This document shows positions 38,439 through 48,205 of a stretch of DNA of 64,000 bases, in pieces. Position numbers and translations under genes: made by a program. The notes beneath the pieces are model-generated. The model saw nothing but the letters and a program-made list of their open reading frames with translations, was not told where the DNA came from and made no database searches. The stretch is from an uncultured Gammaproteobacteria bacterium (GTDB taxonomy: Bacteria > Patescibacteriota > Microgenomatia > UBA10105 > UBA927), in the NCBI GenBank assembly GCA_964445435.1, contig CAYUKU010000005.1, forward strand, positions 6,627 to 70,626. Reading direction: 5' to 3'. How positions within the stretch are numbered: the stretch's first letter is position 1; every line of letters begins with the position of its first letter.

Positions 38439-39662
38439 ATGGCGACAGTTTCACAGCGACTTTTAGAGGTTCCCGCATCTCCCATCCGGAAACTTGTTCC
38501 CCTTGCCACTGCTGCCAAAAAAGAAGGGGTGAAAGTCTATCACCTGAATATCGGGGATCCGGATATAGAAACCCCACCGCCCATGATGAAGGTTTTGTCG
38601 GACTGGAAAGCTAACCCGATCGGCTATAGCCAGTCTCAGGGTGAGCCTGTATTCCTTGAGGCTCTCAAGACGTATTACCACAAACTCGGTGCGACATTTC
38701 TGGATATTCCCAATATCCAGGTAACGAGCGGGGGATCGGAAGGAATTTCGTATGCGATGTTTGCCACTTGCGAGTCAGGCGACGAGGTCATTGTCTTTGA
38801 ACCATTCTATGCCAACTACAACGGATACGCAGTGGTTAACGGCGTGAAGCTGGTTCCCATAAAAACATCGATTGAACAGGGGTTTCACCTGCCGTCTGCC
38901 GCCGAAATCGAGAAGCACATAACTGCCAAAACGAAGGCAATTCTTATCTGTACTCCGAACAACCCCACCGGTACCGTGTACACCAAAGATGAAATGGATA
39001 TGCTTGTCAGCCTGGTGAAGAAACATGGATTGTTTCTCTTGTCTGATGAGGTGTATCGGGAGTATGCCTATGACGGCAAGAAACAGACGTCACTTTTGGG
39101 ATACATGCAGGAGATTCCTTCCCAGGCGATCGTACTTGATAGTATGTCTAAGCGATACAACCTCTGCGGCGTTCGGCTGGGTGTCCTTCTGTCTCTCAAC
39201 GCCGACATCATGGCAGGCGTCCTTCGCATTTCTCAGGGCAGGCTTTCCTGCGGCATTATCGATCAGTCCATCGCGGCGAAATTGACGGATGTTTCTGAAG
39301 ACTGGATGAGAAAAACGCATGATGAGTGGGAGAAGCGGCGAGATGTCCTGTATGAAGGGCTAAAGAACATTCCGGGAGTAACAATTCCGAGGCCTGAGGG
39401 TGCTTTTTACACCATTGTCGGGCTTCCGGTTTCCGACTCGGAAGATTTCGCGCGTTGGCTTCTGACCGATTTTCGCGATCCTTCGGCAAGCTCAGGACAA
39501 CCTGAGACGGTAATGGTCGCGCCCGCCGCTGGCTTCTATGCGACGAAGGGCCTGGGGAAAAACGAAGTCCGGATCGCCTACGTTATAAACACCCGCGACC
39601 TGGCCAGATGCGTCGAGCTTCTCCAAAAGGCCCTCATAGCGTATAATAAAAAGAGTAAATAA
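38439..39662 (+). CDS. class I/II PLP aminotransferase (aspartate aminotransferase-like)
   Basis: LNIGDPD, PNNPTG, DEVY, SMSKRY...GVRLG. Confidence 0.92.
   Translation: MATVSQRLLEVPASPIRKLVPLATAAKKEGVKVYHLNIGDPDIETPPPMMKVLSDWKANPIGYSQSQGEPVFLEALKTYYHKLGATFLDIPNIQVTSGGSEGISYAMFATCESGDEVIVFEPFYANYNGYAVVNGVKLVPIKTSIEQGFHLPSAAEIEKHITAKTKAILICTPNNPTGTVYTKDEMDMLVSLVKKHGLFLLSDEVYREYAYDGKKQTSLLGYMQEIPSQAIVLDSMSKRYNLCGVRLGVLLSLNADIMAGVLRISQGRLSCGIIDQSIAAKLTDVSEDWMRKTHDEWEKRRDVLYEGLKNIPGVTIPRPEGAFYTIVGLPVSDSEDFARWLLTDFRDPSASSGQPETVMVAPAAGFYATKGLGKNEVRIAYVINTRDLARCVELLQKALIAYNKKSK
39480..39500. repeat. REP-like palindrome inserted in frame in the aminotransferase (encodes PSASSGQ)
   Basis: CCTTCGGCAAGCTCAGGACAA matches the CCTTCGACAAGCTCAGG-type repeat class. 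Confidence 0.6.
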
Positions 39663-39671
39663 CCCCTAGAA

Positions 39672-39832
39672 GGCAGCGCGAGAAACCATTTTGAAGACAA
39701 CTGCGCGTTTGCTCGGATTATTGAAGTTTCGCTGAATATGCAAACGCGCATTTAGTGAACAATGGGGCTGCGCCTCATGATATATTCCAGCATGAGTGAA
39801 CGTGTCTTCATAAATGCGTTTCACGCGATGCC
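39672..39832 (+). repeat. family A structured repeat, copy 3 (161 bp)
   Basis: GGCAGCGCGAGAAACCATTTTGAAGACAACTGCGCGTTTGC...GCAAACGCGCATTTAGTGAACAATGGG...GTCTTCATAAATGCGTTTCACGCGATGCC. Confidence 0.85.
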
Positions 39833-39901
39833 ACGTGGTTATGAATAGAATTCTTTGGCTTCGCACAGGAGATGTTGCACGCGATGCATTTGATTTAAAT
39901 T

Positions 39902-40606
39902 ATGAACAAAAAACTTGTTTTATTCGATATCGACGGAACGCTCACCTACCACGTGGGCGCGCGCCGCTGGGAAGAACAGTACGCTCATGGTATGAAGGCG
40001 GCTTGGGGCATCACAACGCCGTATGAATACAGTTTGTATAACGGTTCGATCGAGCGCCACATGGCCTGGGATATCGTGCAGAAACATAATGTCTCGCGGG
40101 AAGACTTTTTCGCCAAATTTCCTACCTACGTGCAGGCTATGCTTGAACATTTGGAGGAGTGGGGGGAGAAGGGTAAGGTATTTGAGCCAATCTCCGAGGC
40201 GGTTGCACTTGTTTCGAAGTTAAGGAACCAGAATGTTCATGTTCTGGGAATACTTACCGGAAATGCCAAACGTATCGCGGATTGGAAGCTCACTCATGTC
40301 GGGTTGTCGCCAGCGTTTTTCCCATTCGGACTGTACGGAGAAGAAGCAGACGATCGCGTATCGCTGGCCCGGCTCGTATTTGCCCGCGCGAAGACGGAGT
40401 TAGGTTGGGACATCGCGCCTTCCGATATCGTCGTTATCGGTGATACGGTGCATGACATCCGCTGCGGCAGAGCAATCGGCGCACGTACAATAGCCGTGAC
40501 GACCGGCATGCACGGCAACAAGGATATTCTGAAAAAAGAAAAGCCTGACCTCCTTGTCTCTTCGCTTGCCGACAAACGGGTTTTGACTCTTTTCGGACTT
40601 TCATAA
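39902..40606 (+). CDS. HAD-superfamily hydrolase
   Basis: LFDIDGTL, LTGN, IGDTVHD. Confidence 0.9.
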   Translation: MNKKLVLFDIDGTLTYHVGARRWEEQYAHGMKAAWGITTPYEYSLYNGSIERHMAWDIVQKHNVSREDFFAKFPTYVQAMLEHLEEWGEKGKVFEPISEAVALVSKLRNQNVHVLGILTGNAKRIADWKLTHVGLSPAFFPFGLYGEEADDRVSLARLVFARAKTELGWDIAPSDIVVIGDTVHDIRCGRAIGARTIAVTTGMHGNKDILKKEKPDLLVSSLADKRVLTLFGLS

Positions 40607-40657
40607 GTGCCCCTCTTTTCAGAATCGGGAAAGTGGAGTAGTATACGGTATATAACG

Positions 40658-41572
40658 ATGAAGGACTATATCCTTTATTCAGGTTCCAGCAATTTGCCCC
40701 TGGCTCAGGAGGTCGCCAAAATCCTCAATATTACCCTCGGAAACGTCGATTTGACCCGTTTTGCTGACGGAGAGCTTCGCCCTTGGATTCAGGACGATAT
40801 CCGCGATAAGACGGTCATTGTCCTTGAGTCTCTCTCATATCCCATGGATGAATACGTCATGGAGTTGGTGTTGATGGGCGACGCCATCCGCCGCTGCGCC
40901 CCCAAGCGCACGATTGCCGTTATCCCGTATCTGGGCTACGCCAGACAAGACAAGCTGCATCGCCTGGGTGAGCCGGTATCGGCACGGGTCATGGTGAAAT
41001 TTTTGGAAGTCAGCCAGTTTGCCGAGATTATCGGTGTGGATTTCCACAATAACGCGATTGTCGGATTTTTTGAGATTCCGGTCACACACGTGACTGCCAT
41101 GGATGTGGTGGCGGAGGAAGTCAAAAAGTTAAATATTAAAGACGGCATCGTCGTCTCACCGGATGTCGGCGGATCCAAGCGTGCCCGCAACATGGCGTAT
41201 TACCTCGATATGCCGCTTGCGGTGATGGAGAAGAAGCGCTTCCTTGACCGCCACGACACGACTGAGACATATGAGATTATCGGTGAAGTCGCCGGGAAAA
41301 CGGCCATTATCTGTGACGACGTTATCTCAACCGGCGGCACGACCGTAAATGCGGCGTATTCCCTGAAAGCGGCAGGAGCCACGCGCATCATCGCAACGAC
41401 GACCCACGGAATATTTGCAAAAGATGCGGTTGCCAAACTCATGGAATCTCCGATCGAGCAGGTTTTCAGCACGAACACCATTCTCATCCCGAAGGAAAAA
41501 CAGTTCGAGAAATTGAAAACAGTGTCCGTTGCCCCGCTTCTGGCCAATGCAATTTCCACCCTGGTACGGTAA
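40658..41572 (+). CDS. prs: ribose-phosphate pyrophosphokinase
   Basis: FADGE, PYLGYARQDK, SPDVGG, DDVISTGGT; start corrected. Confidence 0.96.
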   Translation: MKDYILYSGSSNLPLAQEVAKILNITLGNVDLTRFADGELRPWIQDDIRDKTVIVLESLSYPMDEYVMELVLMGDAIRRCAPKRTIAVIPYLGYARQDKLHRLGEPVSARVMVKFLEVSQFAEIIGVDFHNNAIVGFFEIPVTHVTAMDVVAEEVKKLNIKDGIVVSPDVGGSKRARNMAYYLDMPLAVMEKKRFLDRHDTTETYEIIGEVAGKTAIICDDVISTGGTTVNAAYSLKAAGATRIIATTTHGIFAKDAVAKLMESPIEQVFSTNTILIPKEKQFEKLKTVSVAPLLANAISTLVR

Positions 41573-41583
41573 AATGGCCGGGT

Positions 41584-42192
41584 ATGCCACTTCTCCCGAA
41601 AGCCGTTTCGAAAGTTATTGAATCATTTGAGCGTTTGCCCGGGATCGGCCCCAAGACGGCGACGCGTTTAGCTTTTTACCTTCTCCATGTGCCGCAAGAG
41701 GAGCTTGACGGGTTTGCCGGGAGCCTCGCGGGGCTGAAAGCCAACACCGTGTTGTGCTCCGTCTGCAAAAACGTCGCCGAGGCAGACCCCTGCGGCATTT
41801 GCAGCAACCCGGCCCGAGATCATAGCGTCATCTGCGTGGTAGAAAGTTCCACGGACGTTCTTTCGCTTGAGCGGACCGGGAAATTTCAGGGAGTGTATCA
41901 CGTGCTTCACGGAGCGATTGATCCCCTCAATAACATCGGGCCGGATGAGATTTATATCGCGGATCTGGTCAAACGGGTGAGAAACGACAGCGCGATTGCA
42001 GAAATAATTCTTGCCACCAATCCGAATATGGAAGGGGAGGCAACAGCGATGTACATAACCAAACAGGTAAAAGCAGTCAACGACGCGCTTCGGATTACCC
42101 GGCTCGCGCACGGTCTTCCTGTAGGAGCGGATATCGAATATGCAGATGAGGTTACTCTGACGCGGGCGCTCGAAGGCAGAAGAGAGTATTAA
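41584..42192 (+). CDS. recR: recombination protein RecR
   Basis: LPGIGPKTA.RLA, C4 zinc finger, Toprim EGEATA, IEYAD. Confidence 0.97.
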   Translation: MPLLPKAVSKVIESFERLPGIGPKTATRLAFYLLHVPQEELDGFAGSLAGLKANTVLCSVCKNVAEADPCGICSNPARDHSVICVVESSTDVLSLERTGKFQGVYHVLHGAIDPLNNIGPDEIYIADLVKRVRNDSAIAEIILATNPNMEGEATAMYITKQVKAVNDALRITRLAHGLPVGADIEYADEVTLTRALEGRREY

Positions 42193-42330
42193 ATTGCTAC
42201 AAAAATAGCGCCCATCCAGAATTCTTTATAGTACCACGGTATGTCCGTGAGACAGGAACCCCTTCAAGAGCGCTATTTAATGGTGACGTACGTTACGTCG
42301 GACGATGATCACAGGCTGGCTGTTCGTGCC

Positions 42331-42603
42331 CTAGTTTTTCTTGGGCGGGTGCATCTTGAGATTTACGTTCTGATTGATTTGACGGCGTCGCTCGTTAGCG
42401 GTTTGTCGATCTAAGGGGCCGACCATCTTTCGCGGTTCGTACTTGCGCCGTTCACCCAGTGACACGTGCATGTCTTCCACTCGGAGACCGAGCGTTTTGC
42501 ATATCTCGATTTCCAGTTGTTGGATGTCGGGTTCGGTCGAAAGGACGATATAGTGCCCCCGTCCTTTTTCTCGTGTTGTGTACTCGCCATTTCTTGAAGC
42601 CAT
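42331..42603 (-). CDS. hypothetical protein
   Basis: 90-aa ORF with GGAGG RBS. Confidence 0.5.
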   Translation of the reverse strand: MASRNGEYTTREKGRGHYIVLSTEPDIQQLEIEICKTLGLRVEDMHVSLGERRKYEPRKMVGPLDRQTANERRRQINQNVNLKMHPPKKN

Positions 42604-42873
42604 TTCTAATTACCTCCGGTGTGTGAGTTGTAGTGCTATTTTTAGACTTTGCCATTGCCTGTGTCCCTGTTGGGATATCCGGCCTCGGAAAGAGGCAAAA
42701 TATTCCAACAGGGCGTAACGTCCGTTTTTAAAGTGCGTTCTGTCTATACAATTTCTGAGTGGCGTTCACCTGAATTGAAGATAGACAGAGGAAGAAGTAT
42801 ACCAGAATTGTTTTTGGAGGTCAATTACTATAGGGCTATTGCTTCGGGATACCGCATTGGGCATAATGCCCCT

Positions 42874-43176
42874 ATGGTCACCAAAAAACAGGTAGAAGCG
42901 GTACTTGATACCATTCCGGATCCGGAAATCGGCGTATCCATCGTCCAGCTCGGTCTTATCTATAAGGTGGAGGTGGATAAAGATGGAAATGTGCATATCC
43001 TTATGACCCTTACGACCATCGGTTGCCCGCTGTTTGAGCAGATCGAAGGGCCGATTAAGGATGAAGTTGCCAAACTTGATGGCGTGAAGGATATCACGGT
43101 GGAGCTTACCTTTGAACCGCCCTGGACTCCTGATACAATGAGTGAAGAAGCCAAAATGCAATTAGGATTCATGTAA
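42874..43176 (+). CDS. metal-sulfur cluster assembly factor (DUF59/SufT-like)
   Basis: DPEIGVSIV.LGLIY, MTLTT.GCP, FEPPW; start corrected. Confidence 0.92.
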   Translation: MVTKKQVEAVLDTIPDPEIGVSIVQLGLIYKVEVDKDGNVHILMTLTTIGCPLFEQIEGPIKDEVAKLDGVKDITVELTFEPPWTPDTMSEEAKMQLGFM

Positions 43177-43179
43177 CGT

Positions 43180-43641
43180 ATGCCCAACGGTGTTCCCAGT
43201 CAGATTATAAGCGAATTAGGCGAACTAGGGAAAAAGGTCGGCGGCGAAGTGGCCAAGATTCCCAAGGACATCGCCGGCAAGGCCCTTGAAAGCATGGGTA
43301 CGGCAAGCGGTAAAGCAGGAACCACTACCCCCAAAGCGCCTCCAAGTGAGGCGAAAAGCGACTCCATGTGGGATAGAATCGGTCTCGAGAAAGATAAGAA
43401 GATCAAGCGCGCGATTGCAAGGAAGGCGCTTGAGGATCTTATAAATAAGCAGCCCCAACGAAGAGAGCCCTCCATCTGGGAGCGGCTCCAGATGGAGCAG
43501 GAACAGAAGAAACAAGCTCAGCAACAGGCCGGTGCAGGCTCACCGCTTCCCATGCCCGCAAGCAAGCGTCCGCGCGGAGACCTCTACGGCGCGAAGGCGA
43601 AAAAGACCGCCACCGAAAACAAAAACGTCCGGCAAGATTGA
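43180..43641 (+). CDS. hypothetical protein
   Basis: 153-aa ORF tightly coupled to its neighbours. Confidence 0.7.
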   Translation: MPNGVPSQIISELGELGKKVGGEVAKIPKDIAGKALESMGTASGKAGTTTPKAPPSEAKSDSMWDRIGLEKDKKIKRAIARKALEDLINKQPQRREPSIWERLQMEQEQKKQAQQQAGAGSPLPMPASKRPRGDLYGAKAKKTATENKNVRQD

Positions 43642-43676
43642 GATGAAAGGCATTAGACTTCGGGTGACGCGCGAAA

Positions 43677-43851
43677 TTCCAAACAAGCGGCGAAGTGACT
43701 CTATCAAAGACAACTGAGCGTTAACCCGACCTGGTAGTGAGTTTCCTGAATATGTGAATATTCATTGAGCGAACGATGGGAATGTCCGTATGATACACAA
43801 AAAGCCATCCGGTAAGCGCGCCTTTGAAATTCGTCGACGAGCCGATTGGAA
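43677..43851 (+). repeat. family A structured repeat, copy 4 (degenerate)
   Basis: TCAAAGACAACTGAGCGTT...GAATATTCATTGAGCGAACGATGGG...GGTAAGCGCGCCTTTGA with outer TTCCAA/TTGGAA and CGGC/GCCG stems. Confidence 0.75.
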
Positions 43852-45403
43852 AGTCGTTATTCCATTTTCGAAGCGTCTTCTTCTTGCATCGCTTCTCCTT
43901 CCCCTCTGGATTTTCCTTCGCTCCGCCTACCGAGACAGGATCGGCGCGTTCGGGTGCTTCGATGACTGCTTCAACATTATGGGCGGCCATTTCCTCCTTC
44001 GGGGGAAGCGTTTGTTTTCCGAAATATTTTTCAACCACATGCCCGCAATGGCGCATCTAAGCGCCTGGATTCAGGCTGCTACGAAGCCCGATTCCATCTA
44101 TATGCTTATCTACCAGCACCGGATGTTTATGATCTATTTTTCCCTCATTGCTGACGTACTTTTGGTATTGCGGTTTGGCCTTCCCGCGCTTGCATTTGCG
44201 TTTCTCTATGAGTCGACGAAAGGATTTATCTTTGGTGAGCGGTTTCTTGCGGAAGGCCTTATCGTCTATCCGCTTGTTTATGCGCTGGGCGTTTCATGGG
44301 AAGCCTTGCGCAAGGGGACGGTGCGGACGGTGGAAGTATGGATTATGACTCTGCTCACTCTCGGCGTGGTATTTTCCCGCGAGCCGTATATACCGCTTGC
44401 GCTTTTCTTGTGGGGAACGGTTCTTTGGAAAGCCAAACGGGTACCGGGCATTGTCGCTATCGCGGCTTTTGTAGCGGCTGCAGGCGTGCTCGTCGTTTCA
44501 TACGGTCCCAGAGATTTCTTCTTTAATGTTGTGACTGTGAGTAGGCGCGTTATCGATGTCGAAAGCCAATTGACGTCTTCGGGAGCTGGCGGGCTGGCGG
44601 CAGTGGTCCTGTATCCGATTCTTCTTTTCTTCAAAGGCGAGTGGAATCTCTTCCATCAGGTCGAGGCGATTATGAGCGCTTTTTTCCTTCTTGGGGTAGT
44701 ATGGTTTGCCAAACGCGGGGAGTGGGGCAAGGCGATATGGTGGGTGGGCGTTCTGACGCTTGCCAACATCCGCACCATTGCGCCCGGATCCCTTTATTAC
44801 GGTACGTTTCATCATCTTCCATGGTATGCACTTATCGTTGCGGGATCAGGGGTGATGATGCGCCAGGTATGGCCGAAACTCTTTGTTCTCGCCTTCGCCG
44901 CGACGTCGCTGTATGCCATTGTGTCTCCGGCATCATACCTTCACGAGAAGGTTGATCGGCAGACGGAATTTACGACAAACTACGGACATTACTATGTTGT
45001 CGGTGAAGTCGTGAGAAGACTATCGGATGAGGGCAGCACGCTTTTTCTTGACGGTCAGGATGATCTTATTTACTGGCAGGCGAAACGGTATTCATCATAT
45101 CCGTACAGCTGGTATACCTCACTGATGCCGTATTTTCCCCGGTATACGGATGCCAGAAGCAGCATGTTTAAGAATAATCCCCCGGAGTATTACTACGGCA
45201 GCTGCAGTGAAAACAAAGCGCCTGAGGTCGTCCTTCCCACGCCGGAAGCATATGTGCGGCTCTCTCAAAACGGCAAGCCGTCCTGCCTCTGGATTCGGCG
45301 TGACACTTTGACCTCAATACCCGCCGACGCGTGGCAGTCCGTGTCTGAATTCAGATACACACCCCCCCCGACGGTCCTACCGGAATCGGCGTTGAAAAGT
45401 TAA
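43790..45403 (+). CDS. polytopic membrane protein, GT-C/PMT-like glycosyltransferase; native start possibly 43643
   Basis: FDD..N loop after TM1, L.SEIFFNH.P, many TMs, periplasmic C-terminal domain. Confidence 0.7.
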   Translation: MIHKKPSGKRAFEIRRRADWKVVIPFSKRLLLASLLLPLWIFLRSAYRDRIGAFGCFDDCFNIMGGHFLLRGKRLFSEIFFNHMPAMAHLSAWIQAATKPDSIYMLIYQHRMFMIYFSLIADVLLVLRFGLPALAFAFLYESTKGFIFGERFLAEGLIVYPLVYALGVSWEALRKGTVRTVEVWIMTLLTLGVVFSREPYIPLALFLWGTVLWKAKRVPGIVAIAAFVAAAGVLVVSYGPRDFFFNVVTVSRRVIDVESQLTSSGAGGLAAVVLYPILLFFKGEWNLFHQVEAIMSAFFLLGVVWFAKRGEWGKAIWWVGVLTLANIRTIAPGSLYYGTFHHLPWYALIVAGSGVMMRQVWPKLFVLAFAATSLYAIVSPASYLHEKVDRQTEFTTNYGHYYVVGEVVRRLSDEGSTLFLDGQDDLIYWQAKRYSSYPYSWYTSLMPYFPRYTDARSSMFKNNPPEYYYGSCSENKAPEVVLPTPEAYVRLSQNGKPSCLWIRRDTLTSIPADAWQSVSEFRYTPPPTVLPESALKS

Positions 45404-45426
45404 AGATTTGATAGTAAGCTAAGCGA

Positions 45427-46863
45427 ATGTTGAAGCTCTATAACACGCTGACTCGTAAGACGGAAGAATTCGTACCCCTTAATCCTCCCAAGGTTGGCCT
45501 TTATACCTGCGGCATGACGGTGTATGACTTTGCCCACATCGGCCACGGGAGGAAATACGTCGGGGACGATGTTTTGCGCCGTGTGTTATCCCGATTCGGA
45601 TATGACGTCACGCACGTGCAGAACGTCACCGATGTGGGACACCTTGTCTCGGATGCCGATGATGGTGAAGATAAGATGGAGAAAGGGGCCAAGAAATCCG
45701 GGAAGACCGTTTGGGAAGTCGCCGAATTCTACACCCGTCACTTTTACGACACGATGGACAAACTGAACATTCTTCGGCCTTCCATTGTGTGCAAGGCGAC
45801 AGAGCACATCAAAGAACAAATCGCACTCGTTTCGAAATTGGTCGAGAAAGGGTATGCCTACGACACGCCGGAAGCCGTCTACTTCGACGTTTCCCGCTTT
45901 GAGGATTATGGGAAATTGCTCGGCCAGAGTCTGGAGGAGAAAAAGACGGCAGTCAGGGAAGAGGTGAAAACAGGCGAGCACAAACGGAATCCCGCGGATT
46001 TTGCCCTGTGGTTTAAAAGGGTGGGTCGCTTCGCCGATCACGCGATGCACTGGGAGAGCCCGTGGGGAGACGGGTTTCCGGGGTGGCATATAGAATGTTC
46101 CGCCATGAGCATGAAATATCTGGGAGATACGATCGACATTCACACCGGCGGCATTGATCACATCCCGGTTCATCACCCGAACGAGATTGCTCAGAGTGAA
46201 GGTGCAACGGGCAAACAGTTTGTCCGCTTCTGGGTGCATTACGCATTTCTCATGGTAGACGGCAGGAAGATGAGTAAAAGTCTCGGCAATTACTACACGA
46301 TCGAAGACGTGCTTGGGGAAGGCATTGATCCCATTGCGCTTCGGTATTTCTATCTGACGGCGCATTACAGGAAGCCTTTGAATTTCACCTGGGACGCGCT
46401 CACAGCATCAGCTCACGCCCTGGAAGAATTACGGGAAAAGGTGGGCAGCCTGAATCATCAGAAAGCCGCCATCTCCGGAGAAGGCATGAAATATAAAGCT
46501 TCGTTTGACGCAGCGCTTTCGGGCGATCTCAATACTCCGAAAGCGTTGGCCGTGGTTTGGGAGGTCATACGCTCTTCTCTCAACGACAGTGAAAAATATT
46601 CACTTCTTGTTGATTTCGACGAAGTTCTCGGTCTTCGGTTGTCGCATGTGCCGGTGACGCGGGTGTTCTCGGCAAGCGCGAAGGCAAACATCGCCGCAAG
46701 CGAAATTCCGGATGAAGTGAAATCACTTGTCGATAAACGTCAGGCGTTGCGGGAAGCGAAGAAGTTTAAGGATGCAGACGTAGTGCGTGCCGAGCTTGAA
46801 TCATTCGGATATGTGATTGAAGATACGCCCTCTGGCATCCGCGTAAAAAAAAAGACCAGTTAA
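45427..46863 (+). CDS. cysS: cysteine--tRNA ligase
   Basis: YTCG.TVY..AHIGH, PGWHIECSAM, KMSKS, AD..R. Confidence 0.98.
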   Translation: MLKLYNTLTRKTEEFVPLNPPKVGLYTCGMTVYDFAHIGHGRKYVGDDVLRRVLSRFGYDVTHVQNVTDVGHLVSDADDGEDKMEKGAKKSGKTVWEVAEFYTRHFYDTMDKLNILRPSIVCKATEHIKEQIALVSKLVEKGYAYDTPEAVYFDVSRFEDYGKLLGQSLEEKKTAVREEVKTGEHKRNPADFALWFKRVGRFADHAMHWESPWGDGFPGWHIECSAMSMKYLGDTIDIHTGGIDHIPVHHPNEIAQSEGATGKQFVRFWVHYAFLMVDGRKMSKSLGNYYTIEDVLGEGIDPIALRYFYLTAHYRKPLNFTWDALTASAHALEELREKVGSLNHQKAAISGEGMKYKASFDAALSGDLNTPKALAVVWEVIRSSLNDSEKYSLLVDFDEVLGLRLSHVPVTRVFSASAKANIAASEIPDEVKSLVDKRQALREAKKFKDADVVRAELESFGYVIEDTPSGIRVKKKTS

Positions 46864-46877
46864 CCGCCAACCGCCCC

Positions 46878-47693
46878 ATGCGTAGCACTCCCGGTCTTAT
46901 AGTGCTATTTGGATCCGGCGAGATGTCTCCGACCGGTCGCAAGATTCACGAGGCGATCTTTCAAAGACTCGGATTTAAGCCACCGGTTCGTGTGGGAATC
47001 CTCGAGACGCCGACCGGGTTTGAGGTTAATGCGATTCACGGGTGGCCCGAGCGCATGGAAAAGTTTTTTGAGAAGAGTCTTCGTAATTTCAAGCCCGCGG
47101 TAACGCGCATCCGCGCCTGGAGACGGGACGGCCTTCACAGCACAAATGACGAGATGACGACCCAGCCGATTCTGTCTTCAGACTACCTGTACTGCGGCGC
47201 CGGATCACCGGGCTACACCATCAGACACCTCAGAGACACCAAGGCATATGAGAAGCTCAAACGTCTCCAGCGGCAAGGCGGTGTCCTGTGTCTGGGATCC
47301 GCAACAGCAGTTGCCATAAGCAGATTTGCCATACCGGTATATGAGATTTTCAAGGCCGGGGAAGACCTCCACTGGCTGGACGGTCTGGATATGCTTTCAG
47401 AATGGCTTCCCAATCTGGCAATCGTTCCGCACTGGAATAATAGAGAAGGAGAAGATTTCGATACGACGCGCTGCTGGATGGGGGAGGCGCGGTTCGACAA
47501 GCTCGTAAGCCTGCTGCCGCCCGAGGCAGGCATCCTGGGCATCGATGAGCAGACGGCATGCGTTCTTGACGTGACGGGAAAATCAGTAGAAGTAACGGGT
47601 ATAGGAAATGCGTACGTACTGCGTGCAGGAAAAAGGATTACATTCAAAAGCGGGAGCACGTTTCCGTTTTCTTTCCTTACTTCACCGGGGTGA
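46878..47693 (+). CDS. peptidase S51 / cyanophycinase-like (class I GATase fold) protein
   Basis: LFGSGE, GAGSP, GSA elbow, VPHWN, GIDEQTA. Confidence 0.75.
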   Translation: MRSTPGLIVLFGSGEMSPTGRKIHEAIFQRLGFKPPVRVGILETPTGFEVNAIHGWPERMEKFFEKSLRNFKPAVTRIRAWRRDGLHSTNDEMTTQPILSSDYLYCGAGSPGYTIRHLRDTKAYEKLKRLQRQGGVLCLGSATAVAISRFAIPVYEIFKAGEDLHWLDGLDMLSEWLPNLAIVPHWNNREGEDFDTTRCWMGEARFDKLVSLLPPEAGILGIDEQTACVLDVTGKSVEVTGIGNAYVLRAGKRITFKSGSTFPFSFLTSPG

Positions 47694-48060
47694 TGGCAAG
47701 CGCAGTCACGGAATGACTGGAGATAAGAAACGTCTTGGAGTCGATATTGACTTTCACCATTTGTCCCGGGGTGACGGAAGCCATATTGAAGGCAGCGGGA
47801 ACAGTCACGGTCCACCTCCCCAAATCTTGGGGGCTTCCTTCGCGGTTTTCATCCGAGAGAAACACGCGATCAAGCGTGAGTGTTCCGTCTGCTTCGTTGA
47901 CGGCGCTGACGGTGCCATTGAGTTCAAGCGTTTTGACGACGGCCGCGCGGGCCCGGACGTCCGTTGATGAAGAGGAGGATGTTCGCGAGAGAAGTGAGAC
48001 CATCGCGATAGCAAGGATGATGAGAAGGACGCTTCCCAGAAGAAGGACGTTTTTGCTCAT
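47677..48060 (-). CDS. membrane-anchored small beta-barrel hypothetical protein
   Basis: MSKNVLLLGSVLLIILAIA TM, DVRARA, beta-rich C terminus; start corrected to 48060. Confidence 0.7.
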   Translation of the reverse strand: MSKNVLLLGSVLLIILAIAMVSLLSRTSSSSSTDVRARAAVVKTLELNGTVSAVNEADGTLTLDRVFLSDENREGSPQDLGRWTVTVPAAFNMASVTPGQMVKVNIDSKTFLISSHSVTALAITPVK

Positions 48061-48061
48061 A

Positions 48062-48205
48062 CCGGGTTGTGAAATTTTGACCTTTGCCTTAACGCGTTTG
48101 TTCTGAACATGCAGCTTCCTTTCCTGTCGAATGAACTTTTTTCCTGACCAGAGAGTCTCTCCACGCGCAGGCAAAGAACAAAGCGCGTGTCGAAATTCTA
48201 CTTAG
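48062..48205 (-). mobile_element. family B inverted-repeat element, copy 2 (144 bp)
   Basis: Shares ccgggttgtgaaatt, tttgccttaacgc, cagcttcctttc, ctccacgcgcaggcaaaga and cgtgtcgaaattctact with copy 1; flanked by cata at 48058-48061 and 48206-48209. Confidence 0.8.
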
